Of a DNA stretch of 64,000 nt, positions 49,199 to 63,300 are shown piece by piece. Below the pieces are notes generated by a model, which was not told where the DNA came from, did no database searches, and saw only the letters and a list, made by a program, of their open reading frames with translations. Origin of the DNA: Azolla caroliniana (lineage: Eukaryota; Plantae; Polypodiophyta); contig JBHGNT010000011.1 of NCBI GenBank assembly GCA_043228905.1, positions 16,864,001 through 16,928,000 on the forward strand. Reading direction: 5' to 3'. Position numbers and translations under genes: made by a program. The first letter of the stretch is position 1. The number at the start of each line of letters is the position of its first letter.

Positions 49199-49743
49199 TG
49201 AGGATCACGCCTAAAAGGCAATTTTTGTAATATTGTTAGTATTTTTTAAGTCGTGGGTCCGACGGACAAGGTCCTGTCCCACGGGCGTGCCAGGTGTTGT
49301 CCAGAGGACAGAAATGTAAAATTAGGAAATTAGCAAATGCCGAGTCCGAGTATCACGGGCCGCCGACAGCTCGGCTATGTATTAGGGGAAACGTTATTTA
49401 AACGAGGACCAGTACCTCAGAGCGGGGGAGAAGAAAAATATAGGCGGAAGCACTAGCTTAGTCCATCATAACTAGATAATCTTGTAAGGTCACCGACCGT
49501 AGGCCGTGTTCTGTAATCCTTTTTCTGTCACAGTAATATATCTTATTTGTGCCCATTTTGCTCCATGTGTCTGTGCTTTGATTCATACCTATGATTTCAG
49601 CGTCGCCCACGATCTCGCTAGTGTTTTATCTCTGATCATTTTCCCCCTCACGACGCCTCTGTTACGAGCCTTCACGTACCACGCCCTTGAATACCGATAG
49701 TCGCAGATCTATCGAAGGTGTTCACCCAAAGGAACGGGTAACA
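49199..49743 (+). repeat. Putative 3' LTR of the gypsy element
   Basis: TG start directly after the purine tract, with TATTTAAA near 49394. The right end is uncertain (49724 or 49743) and there is no partner LTR in the window. Confidence 0.55.
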
Positions 49744-50376
49744 ATATAGTTGAAGTACAATACTCGTCTATGTCATACACTTACCCACAAAGTTAGTGAG
49801 GTTGCAAGTCATGACCAAAACTCCATGATTTACAAAATGTCTAAGAAATGTTTTGTGGCATTCTCAACTCCTACATGTATGTAGTTGATAATATATTAAA
49901 CAGAGGTTGACCTTGAAAAAGATTGAGCTTGGTAGAGTTGTGTGGATGCGTGTAAGATATCTATGCACATGGGTGGAGCCACTAGATTAAGAGATAGTCA
50001 TCATGAAGCTGATTTGGCTAAGAAAATGATATGTAGAAGATTAGGATAAACACTATACCATGGGCTTGTGGACGATTCAAAGTTGAGACTTTTTTGTTTG
50101 AAGAATAGACGATGACACGAACAATATTGTTAAATAAAAACAATATGTAGAAAATTGAACCTTTGGGCTATATTTGATTGTATGAAGCTTTGTTGGCTTT
50201 TCTTTTGTGCCCCTTCTTCACCTCATAATGAGGTGCCCTTATATAGGGTTTCCCGAGGAATCAAGGATATTGTCACTTGGTGCACATGCTTAATAATTGA
50301 TAATAGAACCACAAAATTTAAGTTCAAAAAGTTGTAAATGATTTGGTTTGGGGGTGTAATGGTTCAATTTGGTTTT

Positions 50377-53300
50377 TTTTTTCCAAAAAAAATTCTACTT
50401 CCATTAGTTAAGAAAAAGTACATGGAATAATATACAACTCATATGTTACAAGCCACTTTGCAATGGCTACAACAAAACATCATGTATAAATGAAGCAACT
50501 AAGCCTCATCACATAATTACTCGACAAACGCCCATCAACATGAGCCTCACACACCCACATTCAGCAAAGACACCCGCCAATCACTTCACAATTCAGCACC
50601 TACCTCTATGTTTGGTACCCTAGGAGGGAACAACCATCGGGGAGGCTGATATATCCACTTTGCATTGCCATCCACCATCTGTAACATCGGGGAACCTCTC
50701 CATTTTAGAATGAAGCGGTACCTAGCTTCTTCACTCACATTAGAGGGCCCTTGAAGGCTATCAAACTTACCTCGTAGCGTAGAAATCAGATTAAACCAAA
50801 TCATCATTAAACTCTCAATCGATGGGGTTCGCTTCCTGGTAAAAGACTCCTTACACCTTGATACCCATACTTGCCAAACAGTAAGGCCAACCACTAAAAT
50901 CCAAACATCTACGTATCGGTCATGTATGAAGAATGAATCTCCTTGAGCTGTAGGCTGAACTGTACCATTCGCCACCTTTAAAGAAGGGCTATTTCCATTC
51001 CACCCATGAAACCATGTAGCCCAGTCAATAGCTAACCAAAAAACGGCTGCACTTGATACCTGAACTTCAACCCCGCATCGAGCCAGAATTCTTAAGCTCC
51101 TCTTCCAAATTTCTTGGGCTCGCGGGCTACTCCATAAACAATGTGCGATGTCCTCCAAACTCGCTCCACAGGCCTTGCAGTTACTCATGCCACCCCTTTT
51201 CCCCAGCCACTCTCCGGTTGGAACAACCCGATGGGTGATTAGCCAAAAAAACACCTTGACCCTCTCGGGGAGGGAAGAGTTCCATATCATGCTCCTGGTT
51301 TTATCTACAAAGACCGAATCAACAGCTACATGGGTCCATTTGTTGGCACACTTCTCACGATGCAAGCATAAATGCCTACCCAAGCGAGTTGAGAAGTCAA
51401 AGAAACCATGTGATTTACCTTGTTCGTCCCTCCACACATATTCTGCAGGATCCCATTCTAAACACTCAAGTGGCTTGTCTTCAACTACATACCAGATCCA
51501 ATCCTGCTCAACCTCAGCGACTAATGGATTCACCTTCCATTTGTTACCGTCTTGTGCCACAATTCTAATTGGGGACCAATGAGTACCTGCAACTACAGAT
51601 CCCAACTGGATGATCTTCCCATTCTTTCCTATACCCTTGGCATTGATAACTTTTCCAGTATCATCACATTGTCCAAACCATTCACCCTCGTCCCCATTAC
51701 TAATAGGAATAGAGTAAACAACTTTATCGACTAGATCAAGCATCTTCCTACCATTTCTGAACTTTCTCGCATCTTCATATAATTTATCCTGATTACTAGG
51801 GGACAATTGCATCCAATTTTCCATTGACTGAATGCCAATACCATGGAATATAGCCCACGGCATACCCTTGTGCTGGCCAAGCATTTTCCCCTCGGTTGAC
51901 TTTAAGGTCTCGTTCCACAATAGGGGTTGGTGCATCTATTCAGTATTAGTACTTGGACCTATATGCGTAATATGCCCACGAAGCATATCCCACGCCTTCA
52001 TCACTGACATACATGTGCGATCAGCCAATCGATTAGATTTCCTAAGCTTTAAGTCCATACAAAAGAGCCATGATTTATGTGGCTTCCACTGTCCACCAAG
52101 TCGTGGACTCCAAAGGATGCTCCTATTAAAAATCAATGTTTTCCATAACTCATTTCCGGGCCGCAAGCTCCTTACCAATACCTTACATAGCAATGATTGA
52201 CTTTGTACTCAAGGGTCTATCAATCCTAGACCCCCCTTACTTTTGGGAAGAATCAACGTAGACCATGATACTTTAGCTGCCGCATTGTCTTTCCTATTCC
52301 CAACCCATAGAAAGCCCCTAATACACGCTTTAACAATACGAATAACATGCTTGTCAAACATCCACACTGAGACCGCGTGCCACATAGTAGACAAGACCAC
52401 ATGGTTAGCTACTATGATCCTGCCAGCTAATGATAAAATCATCCCTAACCAGATACGTATTTTGTTGCAAATTTTACTTTGAATTTGTTGCAACTAAATT
52501 CTTTTGTCAATATCTACACCAATCCACATTCCCAGATATCTAATGCCTTCCCCTTTTGCAATCCATCTGAAATCAGCATTTGGTTTCCATATCGGCTCGG
52601 CCTCCGAGCTAATCCAAAAACCCTTGGACTTATTCCAATTGATGGCGGCTCCCGATGCTTTGCAAAAAAGATCAATAGCAATTTGTGCCCTCCCCAAATT
52701 CGCTTCATTACCTTGGAGGTATAACATTGTATCATCCGCGAACTCCGAGTCGAGCAAGGACTTCCTTGTGGGGACAACCTTGCCTGATGGATCTAGTTAG
52801 AGGGATTGTAGCTCCTTTCCTCCCTACAATCAACACCTTACTTGAGCCATTCTTATATAGGGCTTGAGCAGCACGCCTCCATTCCCGCAGTAGCTCAATC
52901 ACCTTCATTACTTCTTCAAGGAAATACCATTGCACTTTGATCATAGGCTTTCTCGAAGTCAAGCATCAACCAAGCTAAGTTTTTCTTAGTCTCCCTTGCT
53001 ATCGCAACAGCCTCCCAAAACAATATCACATTGTCCAAAATAGATCGATGCTCCATGAAACCAGTTTGATTGCTCTAGATGATATCTCCTAGAAAGGGCT
53101 TGACTCGCTACACTAGTATGTTAACAATTTTTTTATAAATGAGGTTTAAAATGGTGATGGGCCTCCATTGTCTATTCTCGTGCAACACCTTCTTCGATTT
53201 AGGAATCAGGTATATCAATCCTTCATTGAAGCTGCTCGGCATCCTTCCTGTTCTCCACATTTCCTGGAATCCAGCTTCAAACTAGGAAAAAAATGCTCCC

Positions 53301-54923
53301 AAAATTTCACGAAGAAGGCTTTGGGAAGGCCGTCAACTCCAGGGCAAACCCTGCTATGAATCCTATCTAGTCCCGCTACAATCTCTTCCTTCTCTATGGT
53401 CTTTGATAATTGTAATTTGGCTACCTCTCTGGTCTTCAAGCATGTAACTACATGTTGCATCAAGTGAATCGGTGGGGCTTCTATCAATGTTGGAGCTAAT
53501 AGGTCTTTGTAATACTTCGTTGCCATTTGCAAGATTTCATCTTGGTCAGTTGTCACCGAATCATCCTCTCTCTTAAGACTTAGAATAGGCTTTCCCTTCA
53601 GTTTTGGAGCCTTGGTGAGAAAAAACTCACTGTTAACTTTATCTCCCTTGACAACCCACTGTGCTACTGACTTTCTGAAGAGGAATTGTTCCCTTTGCTG
53701 CCTAATCTCCTGCAACACCCTTGTGGCTTCTTGCAGTCTATCTTTTGCCCAAGAACAGTGAGGGTTCACTTGCGTAAGCTTTTGAGCTGAGGTGACTGCC
53801 TTCCTCAGGCGTTGTAGTTGGGAACAACACATTACTAGCTCCTCTCTAGCTGCTTTCTGAAGAGCATGTGAAGAATTAATAATCTTTTCCTCTAGTACCT
53901 GTAACGGGTCGTCGGATGATGGAGATGCTGACCAAATGTTAATCACTTCTTCCTTAACCTTCTGGATACCAAAAATCTTTGAGGGAATCCTCAAATTGCA
54001 CTCACTCTTCTTCTTATGAATAGGATCGAGAGTCAAGGAGACTGGGAGGTGATCGGAGTAGGTAAAGCCAACTAGAATGGATGTGCAACCGCTCCAATCC
54101 TCAATTTTGGGGCTCACAAAGATGCGGTCCAATCTAGAATGACATCCTTCACTCTCCTTCCAACCAAAACGTGAAAACCGCAAGGAGTTCTCCTCAACCA
54201 CCATACTAGAATACCAAGAATCTTTGATTCCAAGCATAGCAATTAGGAAACCCCATGCTCTAAGCTCCTCTCCTTGTAATAAGTTCGAGTGAGCCCCCAG
54301 ACAATCATTGGTCCTCTCAGTCATGTTGAAATCTCCTACTACTATCCAATTTTCATAAGAGGGAATTTTGTTTGTCAACTCGCTCCAAAAAGAGGTCCTC
54401 TCATTGCTACTATTTGGTGCATAGACATTCAGCACCCCAAATTTCACATTCCTCCATTCTAGGTAACAGAACATGACCATTCCTTCTATCAGTATGCCAT
54501 GGTCCAAAATGGCGATATCCGGTGATTTTCTCACCGAAATACAGACTCCACCTCTCCTCTCTAGCACGCCGTGAGCTGGAGCCCACCATTTGTGCCAATC
54601 CCCTAGCAAGGGGTCTTTGAACAATTCTGTCCTTTCCCAGCCAAGGTGATGCTCTTGTAAGAGCAAAATATCAATCTTCCTACATAAGCTAACAACTTCA
54701 AATTCCTTCCTAAAAATTTGCTTCTCAAGCAGATGATGGGGCCCACCAAGTCCCTGCACATTCCAAGAGAAAAGTCTCATTGACTTGGGTTCAAAAGAAG
54801 GGCCAAGGGGGATTCACCCTTGCTCGACAAATATGTTGTCATCATACTCCATATGTTTTTCCACTCCATTCTTATTTCCCTTTTTTGATCAGTAGATAAT
54901 TCACCACACTGGAAGTGGAACTG
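50377..54923 (-). mobile_element. L1-clade LINE, 5'-truncated just upstream of ORF2
   Basis: The poly(A) reads as a T-run at ~50373-50382. Candidate TSD AATTTGGTTTT at 50366-50376 and 54924-54934. Confidence 0.88.
50586..54780 (-). pseudogene. LINE ORF2 (APE endonuclease, RT, zf-RVT) with stops, frameshifts and a deletion in RT
   Basis: SWNVQGLG, LLQEHH, NVYAPN, GDFN, SRLDRIFV, SDH; PGVDG, RQGCP, FADD, RYLG, GGLGLID; CKAC...EDIAHCLW. About 30 codons are missing between QGCP and FADD. Confidence 0.93.
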
Positions 54924-57338
54924 AATTTGGTTTTGTTTTGAGTTATATTGACTAAATGACTAAACAACTTAATGGCTTAGTGTCATAAAGTGTAAAAACT
55001 TAATGACTTTGATTATTTTTTAAATATATAAATTAATTGAGAACTCTATAGATTATGTAATATTATTATGGATAATTAACAATGTAATGACGTTTAGTTT
55101 ATTTTTAAATATATAAATTAACTTTATAAATTATGTAATATTATTATGAAGTTTTAACTTTGAATCTTACCAAATCTTTTAAGTTTTAGTTTTCTTTCTT
55201 AAGAAGTTAAAATTAAGTGTATAGTCGCTAATAGTTTACTTTGAACCAAAACTAAACATCGAAAGTGTGGCTTAACAACTTAATGGCATGTAGATCTCTT
55301 GAATTGCTTGGTTAGAACAATTTCGGTTTAAATGGTTTTAGTTTAAAGGTCCCCTTTACATAACCTAATGGTTAAGGCTCCCCACACCACCATGTGTTCT
55401 CATGTGTCATAGGTCGACATGGCTTTGTCCCAAATCCTAGGATAATATTGCTGCAATTTAGTTTGGTTTGGTTTAAGCTTCAAAATTTTGAAACAATTTG
55501 AGTTTGAGACTCCCAAGCACAGTACATTGTTGTAACCTTCCCATATACGAAGGTGTTTAGTAATTCAAAGGTAGAATGTTGGAATCTTATCCTCTCAAAA
55601 CTTATTGTGTGGTCAATTTTATTCTTTTGTACACTCCTTTGCCACGTGTTATTGGGAACACAACCATGGACTTGTCCAAACACCTTATCTACTTGAGGAA
55701 CCACACATTTATCCTTATCCTAACAAGCAAATTCAACACGTGATACATGACATATAAACACATTGTAATTTCCTATTTCTTAACCACAAATTGAGTGTGA
55801 CCTAAGGAGAAGACGATTGTGGATAAATAAATGTATGGATGAATACTTTGCCGCAAATATTCTAAGTTTCCCTCTTGCCCCTTTCACACTAACGAACCAT
55901 TATAGGGTTTGCTACCAATGCACTTGCCCATATCCCTAGGTTGAGTAGTAGGTGGTGCCCAAGGACACAAACCATTGGAACATATACACACCTTAACAAA
56001 CCTTGGAATGTTCTTCTACAATGACATGGCCAAAATGGTTTGGTATCGACTTTGTTAACGTTAAATCTATAATTTGGGGATGAACTATGTTTTCCACTAC
56101 TTTAGGCAACACATCCTTTTACATTCGGGTGACTCAAGCATTGTAGATATAAGATAGAATATGTGAGCACACTTAAATGCCTCTCCAATGCCTCATGGGT
56201 AATTGGTGTAGATGTTCATCCTTTAATATTGATCTAAACGATGGAATCATGAAACCAATACTTTTTTGAACCTATTGAGACCTTAGACTTTATGCACTAC
56301 TTCACCATATTGTGCTCACGTACAATGTATTGGGGAGGGGTGATTTTATTCATCACATTTGATTCTTGGACATCCATCAATAGAGATATGGAGATTGTGC
56401 TTATGTACAATGTCTAGTTCCCGTTTGTCAAAAAGAAATGTTAATGTTAGACTATGCGAATATTCATATTAACTATAAGGACATTATTTTTTGTTGCATT
56501 ACATTTTTTTTATATTTACGGCCAAACATCAAGACTAGTAAACGTCGGCAACTTTAACTAATGTTTCCATGTCTGAACCGTTCTCATTGAAAAGGAACCA
56601 CTCCCATTGAAAATATTAAAATGTCGCTCGCCTATTGAGAATATTCTTAGGAAGGTTCTCTTATTCAAATCGTCCTTGGGCCACGCAGTTTACATGTGTT
56701 TACATGTTATTGAAGATGCCAAAATTTGAGAAAAGTTTACTTTGCACAAGGATTTCATTGTTTCCCTTTTATGTTTCGAAACGAGAATGTGATTGTGCAT
56801 GAATGGGTGCTAGATTCCAGTAACTTAAGCATTGGGGCCAAGTTAGGCATCGATTAACTATATGGAAAAGGAGTGGACATACACATACATACTTATTGAC
56901 GCGTAGAGAGTATGGCATGGATAGTAAGGTAAATCCCGGAAAGGAGTGGCCCTTGCAATGACAAGCAATTCAAAGAATGATAAATTCTTCTGTTTCGTGT
57001 TGCAAAATTCATAACATTACAACCCATAAGGAACGAGTATGTAAGAAAGACCTTGGCTATAGGTTTACCATTCAACCAACCAAATTACCAATGGATAAAA
57101 AATGGTCCAAGCTTTTTACCAAGGGAGACACAAATCCATTAATTAATTTTACCTGAAAAGCATGAATCCATGCCCCACCACCACGAATAAAAGAAGAAGA
57201 AGAAGCTTAACTCGTACTTTCAGACATGGATCTTACTTCTTGACTTGATCTAATAATGTTGACATGACTTTAAAAATAAAAAGATGCATGTGATTGAATG
57301 CAATCTTAGAAAAGGGATGGGGTTTAAAGGAGAGAGCA

Positions 57339-57345
57339 TATAAGT
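57339..57345 (+). promoter_or_regulatory. Candidate TATA box of the BSP-like gene
   Basis: TATAAG about 45 bp upstream of the ATG, followed by a GA-rich leader. Confidence 0.35.
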
Positions 57346-57384
57346 AGAGCACATTGAGAGACATCAAGCAGAGAGATCAGAGAG

Positions 57385-60300
57385 ATGGTGAGGGTGGTGG
57401 AGATGATGAAGATGGTGGCATTCATTGGAATGGTGATGCTTAGCATTCAAGGTGGGGTTTGTGGGTTGCCATCTAGCTCTGCTCTCAAACGTATACATCG
57501 TGTGAATTCATTGGGCCAACATTTGGGCATAGTAGTCCCTAATGCCTATGAGATGGATCCCCTCCTCAATAACACCATTTTCCAACCCGACTCCGATGTG
57601 CCCACCATTGACATAGGAGGTAATGCTTGCTTCTCTATGTCCCTCAGTGTCTCTCTCCCCCCACATTTTCCGTCCTCACATTTTTGTGCCTTTTGATCTC
57701 TGCCTCTTTTTAGGTCGACGATTCTACATTGGCACTATCGAATCCCATCGCGTCATCATCGTGATGACCGGCCTCTCAATGGTAAATTCAACACACTTAT
57801 ATATATATATATTATTATTATTTTCTTACACATTTGACCAACATATGTATTGTGTCGAAGGAAAATCGATGAACATTTTGTATGCTCCAACACATTATCA
57901 AGAAAAACATTTTGTATGTTCAATTCTATATTCAGACTTAATCTGAATTCTCACATCTATTTAGGTACATACACTTAAAGCACACTTAAATCTAATTAGA
58001 AACTCAAATTTACATATTTAGATCTTCTAATTAAATTAAATGAAAGCTTGGTCTACGTCTAATTAGCAACTACAATTAGTAGTTAAAATCATTTAATTCA
58101 CATCACCCATTTCCCCTTTTGTTATAACCTACAACTCACAACTGCAATTTGTTTGGCACTAGGGTGATCGTGATAGTATAAATGAGAATAAGAATGAGGC
58201 TTTATGTGTATGTATACAAGCCTTAGTTTTGTATTTTAAGAACTCAAAAAGATGAGGCATTGAAGGAATTGGTGTTTCTTTGACACTGTTTAGCTCATAT
58301 GCTCTCTATGATTGGGTACACATCCCATTTTGTCGTAAACGAATTGTCTCATGGGCCGAATTTGGTCTTAGGAGACGTTAATATATCTTTCTTTCTTCTT
58401 TCTATGAAGGAGGGCTTTAAAAGACCTTACTTCGAGCATTCACCTTACAACATCCACAATAACATTATTACTAGCTTTTGCTACACCTCGAAGTGAACAT
58501 CAATCACTCATGTATTAAATCTTCCTTTAACTTGACATTATCACAATTATAATTTATAGCAATAATTGAATTTGGTTGATCCATACATTTCCTCAACAAC
58601 ATATATATATATATAGCTCGTCGATGTCCAGTTGATTAATGTTGTCCGTTCGTCGAGGGATATCTACTTGAGAGAAATGTGGCATATGTGTAAATCCCCA
58701 AAACTAATCGGATCATAGGATAGAAATGTTAGGAAGGGTATTTTGGGAATAGGAAGGTTTTGTCTTATAAACACATATCAAGGATTTGCTCTTTGAGTTT
58801 AAAGGATTGACCATATGTAATATGAAGCAAGGTGAGTGAGAGGAAGTTGCCTTTGTTCACGATCTCCTCTCAAGGACCAATCTAGAAATATCATCACCCC
58901 TGGCCCTTGCCTTGATCATCCTTTTTGTATATAACAATCTTTGGTTGTACATTTTGTAGCCTTCTGACGTTTTTTCTTAATACTAATGAAGGAAATCTTT
59001 TTTTGAAAAAAAAAAATGTAGCCTATCCCTAACCCTTGCCATGATCATCCTTTTTGTATATAACACTCTTTTGTTGTACATTGTGTAGCCTTCTGACGTT
59101 TTTTCTTAATACTACTGAAGGAAATCTTTTTTTGAAAAAAAAATGTAGCCTCTCCCTCCTTTTTCTATCTAATTACTTAGTGGTTTTTGTATCTCTCCAA
59201 TCCATTAATGAAGCTTAACTACTTTATGATTCATTCACTTTCTATCTTCAACAATAATTGCATAATGTGAAGGTCAATGATGGTTAGTGGTGTAAATGTT
59301 TGACAGTATAGAGGATTAGGATCTCCCATTATTCATGGGTTGGAGTGCGGTTGTAATCTCGATGTCCCGATTACAACCCACGAGGATACGTAATTAAATA
59401 TTGATTGACCAATGACACAATTGATTAATTAGCATCTATAATTTGATGAATGGATTGTGCATTATTATTATTATCATGAGTCATAATCAATCAATGAAAG
59501 ATTGAAGTGTACAAATGTATTTTATCTTTACTTTTTAACCTATTCCTACATATGTATCACCAAAACTATATATTATAATATGAGTATGTCTACATGTATC
59601 AATAGATAATTTTTTTGCTAATGCATTCATATTATTCTAGATGAATAAATGTTTTTGTTTTTTTTCTTTGACACTCACTTTTGAAGTTCTATTACCAAGC
59701 TCATGTGTGAGTTATCTTGAACAGTTTAGAGGCACACTTTAACTACCCCTCTTAACTAGGTATTATAATTAATGTAAACTATCAACTTTGGGTATTTGAT
59801 AAAGTAGACATGCAATGCCTTCATGAAGATATATCTTCACGCAAAATGATATTGAGTAACATGGTTGCATTTGGAACAGCTCAATGCCGGCATCACCACA
59901 CAAATCCTCTTCGACTTCTTCCGTATAAGTGGTGTTGTGCATTATGGTATTGCGGGAAATGCAAACGATGCCCTTAACATCGGTGATATCACAATTCCTA
60001 AGTATTGGGCACATACTGGTCTTTGGAATTGGCAGGTATGTATGTAATCTACCATTATGTTCAACAATCTATTTTCGTGATGCTTAAGAAACCTTGAAAT
60101 ACATATATCATACACAAACTTGCACAAGGACAACATAGCCAAATGAATCCATATAATGTGTAAGTTCAATTGTCAAATTTATTTTGTTTTGTTTTCTACT
60201 AATTTCAAGTTGATGCATCATGTAGTAGTTTAAGAGCTAGGTTGGTTAAAGAGTTGTAAGACTGTCTTTTTTGTACACTATAGTTGAAGGTCCTTTATCC

Positions 60301-63300
60301 ACATAAATATTAGTCAATTCAAAATGACCTCAATGCATTTACATTAACATCTTCAATCCAATTATCTACGCTAGCATTAAGAATTTATTGAGATCCTTTA
60401 TCAAGCCGAGACATGGTGAACATGTTGAAGGAAAGATAAAAAAACAAGAAAGAGTGAAAAGTGAGTTGTAAAGTGAATATTTAAGTGGGGCCAAAGCTAG
60501 GGCAGGGAGGGGTATTGTGGGCTTAATCCATCTCTTAATCTAAAATCTGCTTTCCACTTGAGTTTATTCTCCCTTTTCAAGCTTACATGGCAATATGAAA
60601 ACATACTATACTCTACAAACAACATGTGGCTCCCGTAGTTCGCACCATTGTATTGATTATCATATACATAGAACGTAATATTCACATTCTCCTGCTCAAA
60701 CATTCATCTTCATACGTTTGCAAACTAATACGTATTTTATGAAAACATACTTATGTTTTCATTTTTGACATTTTTTAAAAAAAATCTCACTTTTTTACCT
60801 TAATTTTTATTTTACCTTAGAGTAAATAATGAATACAAAAGTATGGTATTTACCATAATCAAATGATTGAAACATACTCAAATGGGAATGCATGTATGGT
60901 ATGTATGGTTCATATTGTGGTCATATACATGGATATTAATGGCCATAGGATTACATATATCCTAAAAAGCATTCTCAATGATGTTCTACATCCACAAGAG
61001 GTTTCATGTGCATTACAATTTTTTGTTGAAGACTACATTGCTTCTCATCAGGAACAAAGTAGTGGGGTCCCAAAACCTATAATCCATGTCAATGGAATTT
61101 TCCTTTCGATTGTTTTTGAACTTACAACAAAGTTCTAGGTATGTGCCACATAGGTTCCCCCATCTGAGCACTCAAAAAAATTTGTAAGTGTTGATTATTG
61201 CATGGAGAATAGAACTTGTACCTTAAGATATCCAATAGAGCACATGTGGGAGAAGTCGTAAATTTATATTAGAAATTACATGGCACAAAAGTGTAATTAG
61301 AGTAGATGGTTCAATGATAAGAGGGCTTTATTTCATTGCTCTAGGAATACACCAAAAAGACTAGAAATGTTTTGTTTATACATGGGATAACGTCCAACTC
61401 TATGCATGAGAACCCTTTTTATCTAGCAAACTTACCAATATGAATTTTTGCAATTTTGTTACATGTTGTGCCATGAACCAGTGCCACCCTATATGCCTCT
61501 TAGCATACCACTTGTACAAATAAGTGTGCAAATATCCTTACATTTGCGTCGAAGTATGCATATACTTCATATTATGTATAAAGTGTTAAAAAATAGTGAA
61601 CCAAATTCATAAATTTAAAATGACATAAATTATGGATTTCTATCATATTTCTTAAAAGGGGTACAAAATATGTTTAATTTTCTTACTACTCAAATGTCTT
61701 TAATTGGCAGAGGTATGGACAAGGGGAGAACGATAGCTTGTCTCTGGAAGCAGCTGGCGACTTCACAAGAAGTATTGGATATCTTCACTTCGGAGATTAC
61801 AACAATCCTACAAAAACACGTGATAACTACTTGAATAATATATGGTTCCAACCAGAAGAAGTGTTCCCAGTAACTGGAACACCAGAAATTCGAGAACACC
61901 ATTTTTGGGTCCCAATCAATGCCAAATACCTAAAGATAGCAGAAAAGATCCAAGTAAGTTACTTTCACTAATGTCGTAAACTTAAGTCATGCACTAGATC
62001 TTTTACATTGGTTACACTTCGTAACACAAAGCATTTACACACATTGTTCTAGGCTCATGCATCATAATCGCCAATACATATTCGCAAAGCACGCAATCCT
62101 TTGTTTGATATTTATGTTTACAATCATTTCATATTACACATATTCCATTTTGCTTAATTGAATGGTGATTTTACTAGACCATAAAAGAGTTGTGCTCCTA
62201 GTTGCTTTTTTCTTCTATTTAAACATGGCTATAAACAATAAGTACATTTGGAAAAGTCTATTTAAATTTGTTGTACCTAAACACTTGATATACTAATGTG
62301 ATTAAATTAATTCACTATTAGAAATGTTTTTGCATTTGTGCATATATGATATAACAAGGTTCTTGAGACCCTAACATCTAAAGATGTTATAGACGTTTGA
62401 TCCCAACTTGAGATAAACATAACTTAGCAGGGCCAATATGGATGCATGTGAGGTTAGTACTCAACTATTTATCTCTAATAAAACCATTAATAGAGATAAA
62501 TGCAACACATGTTTACATAGAGCTTAAGTATGACCTAGGGTGGATATTATAGTAAGCTTGGAGCATGCAAAAACCACTATCTTTCTAGAATAAAAGGTTT
62601 TGATGAGTTGCATATAGGCTAAGAAATGCTTATGTTTATAGCTATCTATGCTTATTGGGAACACTTGCAAGTTGAGACATTCTTATAAGTTTGCAAGATT
62701 ACCTAAGGTAAAGATATTGTAGTAAGCTTGGAGCATGCAAAAACCATTATCTTTCTAGAATAAAAGGTTTTGATGAGTTGCATATAGGCCAAGAAATGCT
62801 TATTTTATAGCTATCTATGTTTATTGGGAACACTTGCAAGTTTAGACATTCTTATAAGTTTGCAAGATTACCTAAGGTAAAGAAACAACGGGCCCATTGC
62901 TATTTACCTTAATAGTTTGCATACATTGTGAAACGATATCACATCATGCATTACAAAAAAAAAATCTTTTCTATTGCAACAAGCACCTTATTGTTTACAA
63001 GTATGCTTTCCTTGTGGATCCTTTGATTGGGTTTGTTTTTTAGCATTATCGATATTCTAGGATAACAAAACTTACCAAGAGTTTCGATTAGTACCATTCA
63101 TCTACTTTAACTTCTCTTTAAGGCAATCACTCTATGCTTGTTACTGAATAAAACAAACAGATGAGAGCATGTACACCCTTTTCCTTGAATGTTTTCAGTC
63201 AATTTTGCATGGGTAATCATTTGATTACATTGCCTTGATGCAATTATTATTTGTGGATTTTTTCTCTCAAAATGATGGTTTTGCCTCTTGTAACATAAGC

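Larger units (their letters stand above)
39550..49743 (+). mobile_element. Decayed non-chromovirus (Athila-like) Ty3/gypsy retrotransposon, 5'-truncated, with an extra 3' ORF
   Basis: Order is Gag knuckles, PR, RT, RH, INT, extra ORF, purine tract AAAAGAGGAATGAAA (49184-49198), then a putative 3' LTR. No chromodomain or second RNase H was recognised. Confidence 0.88.
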
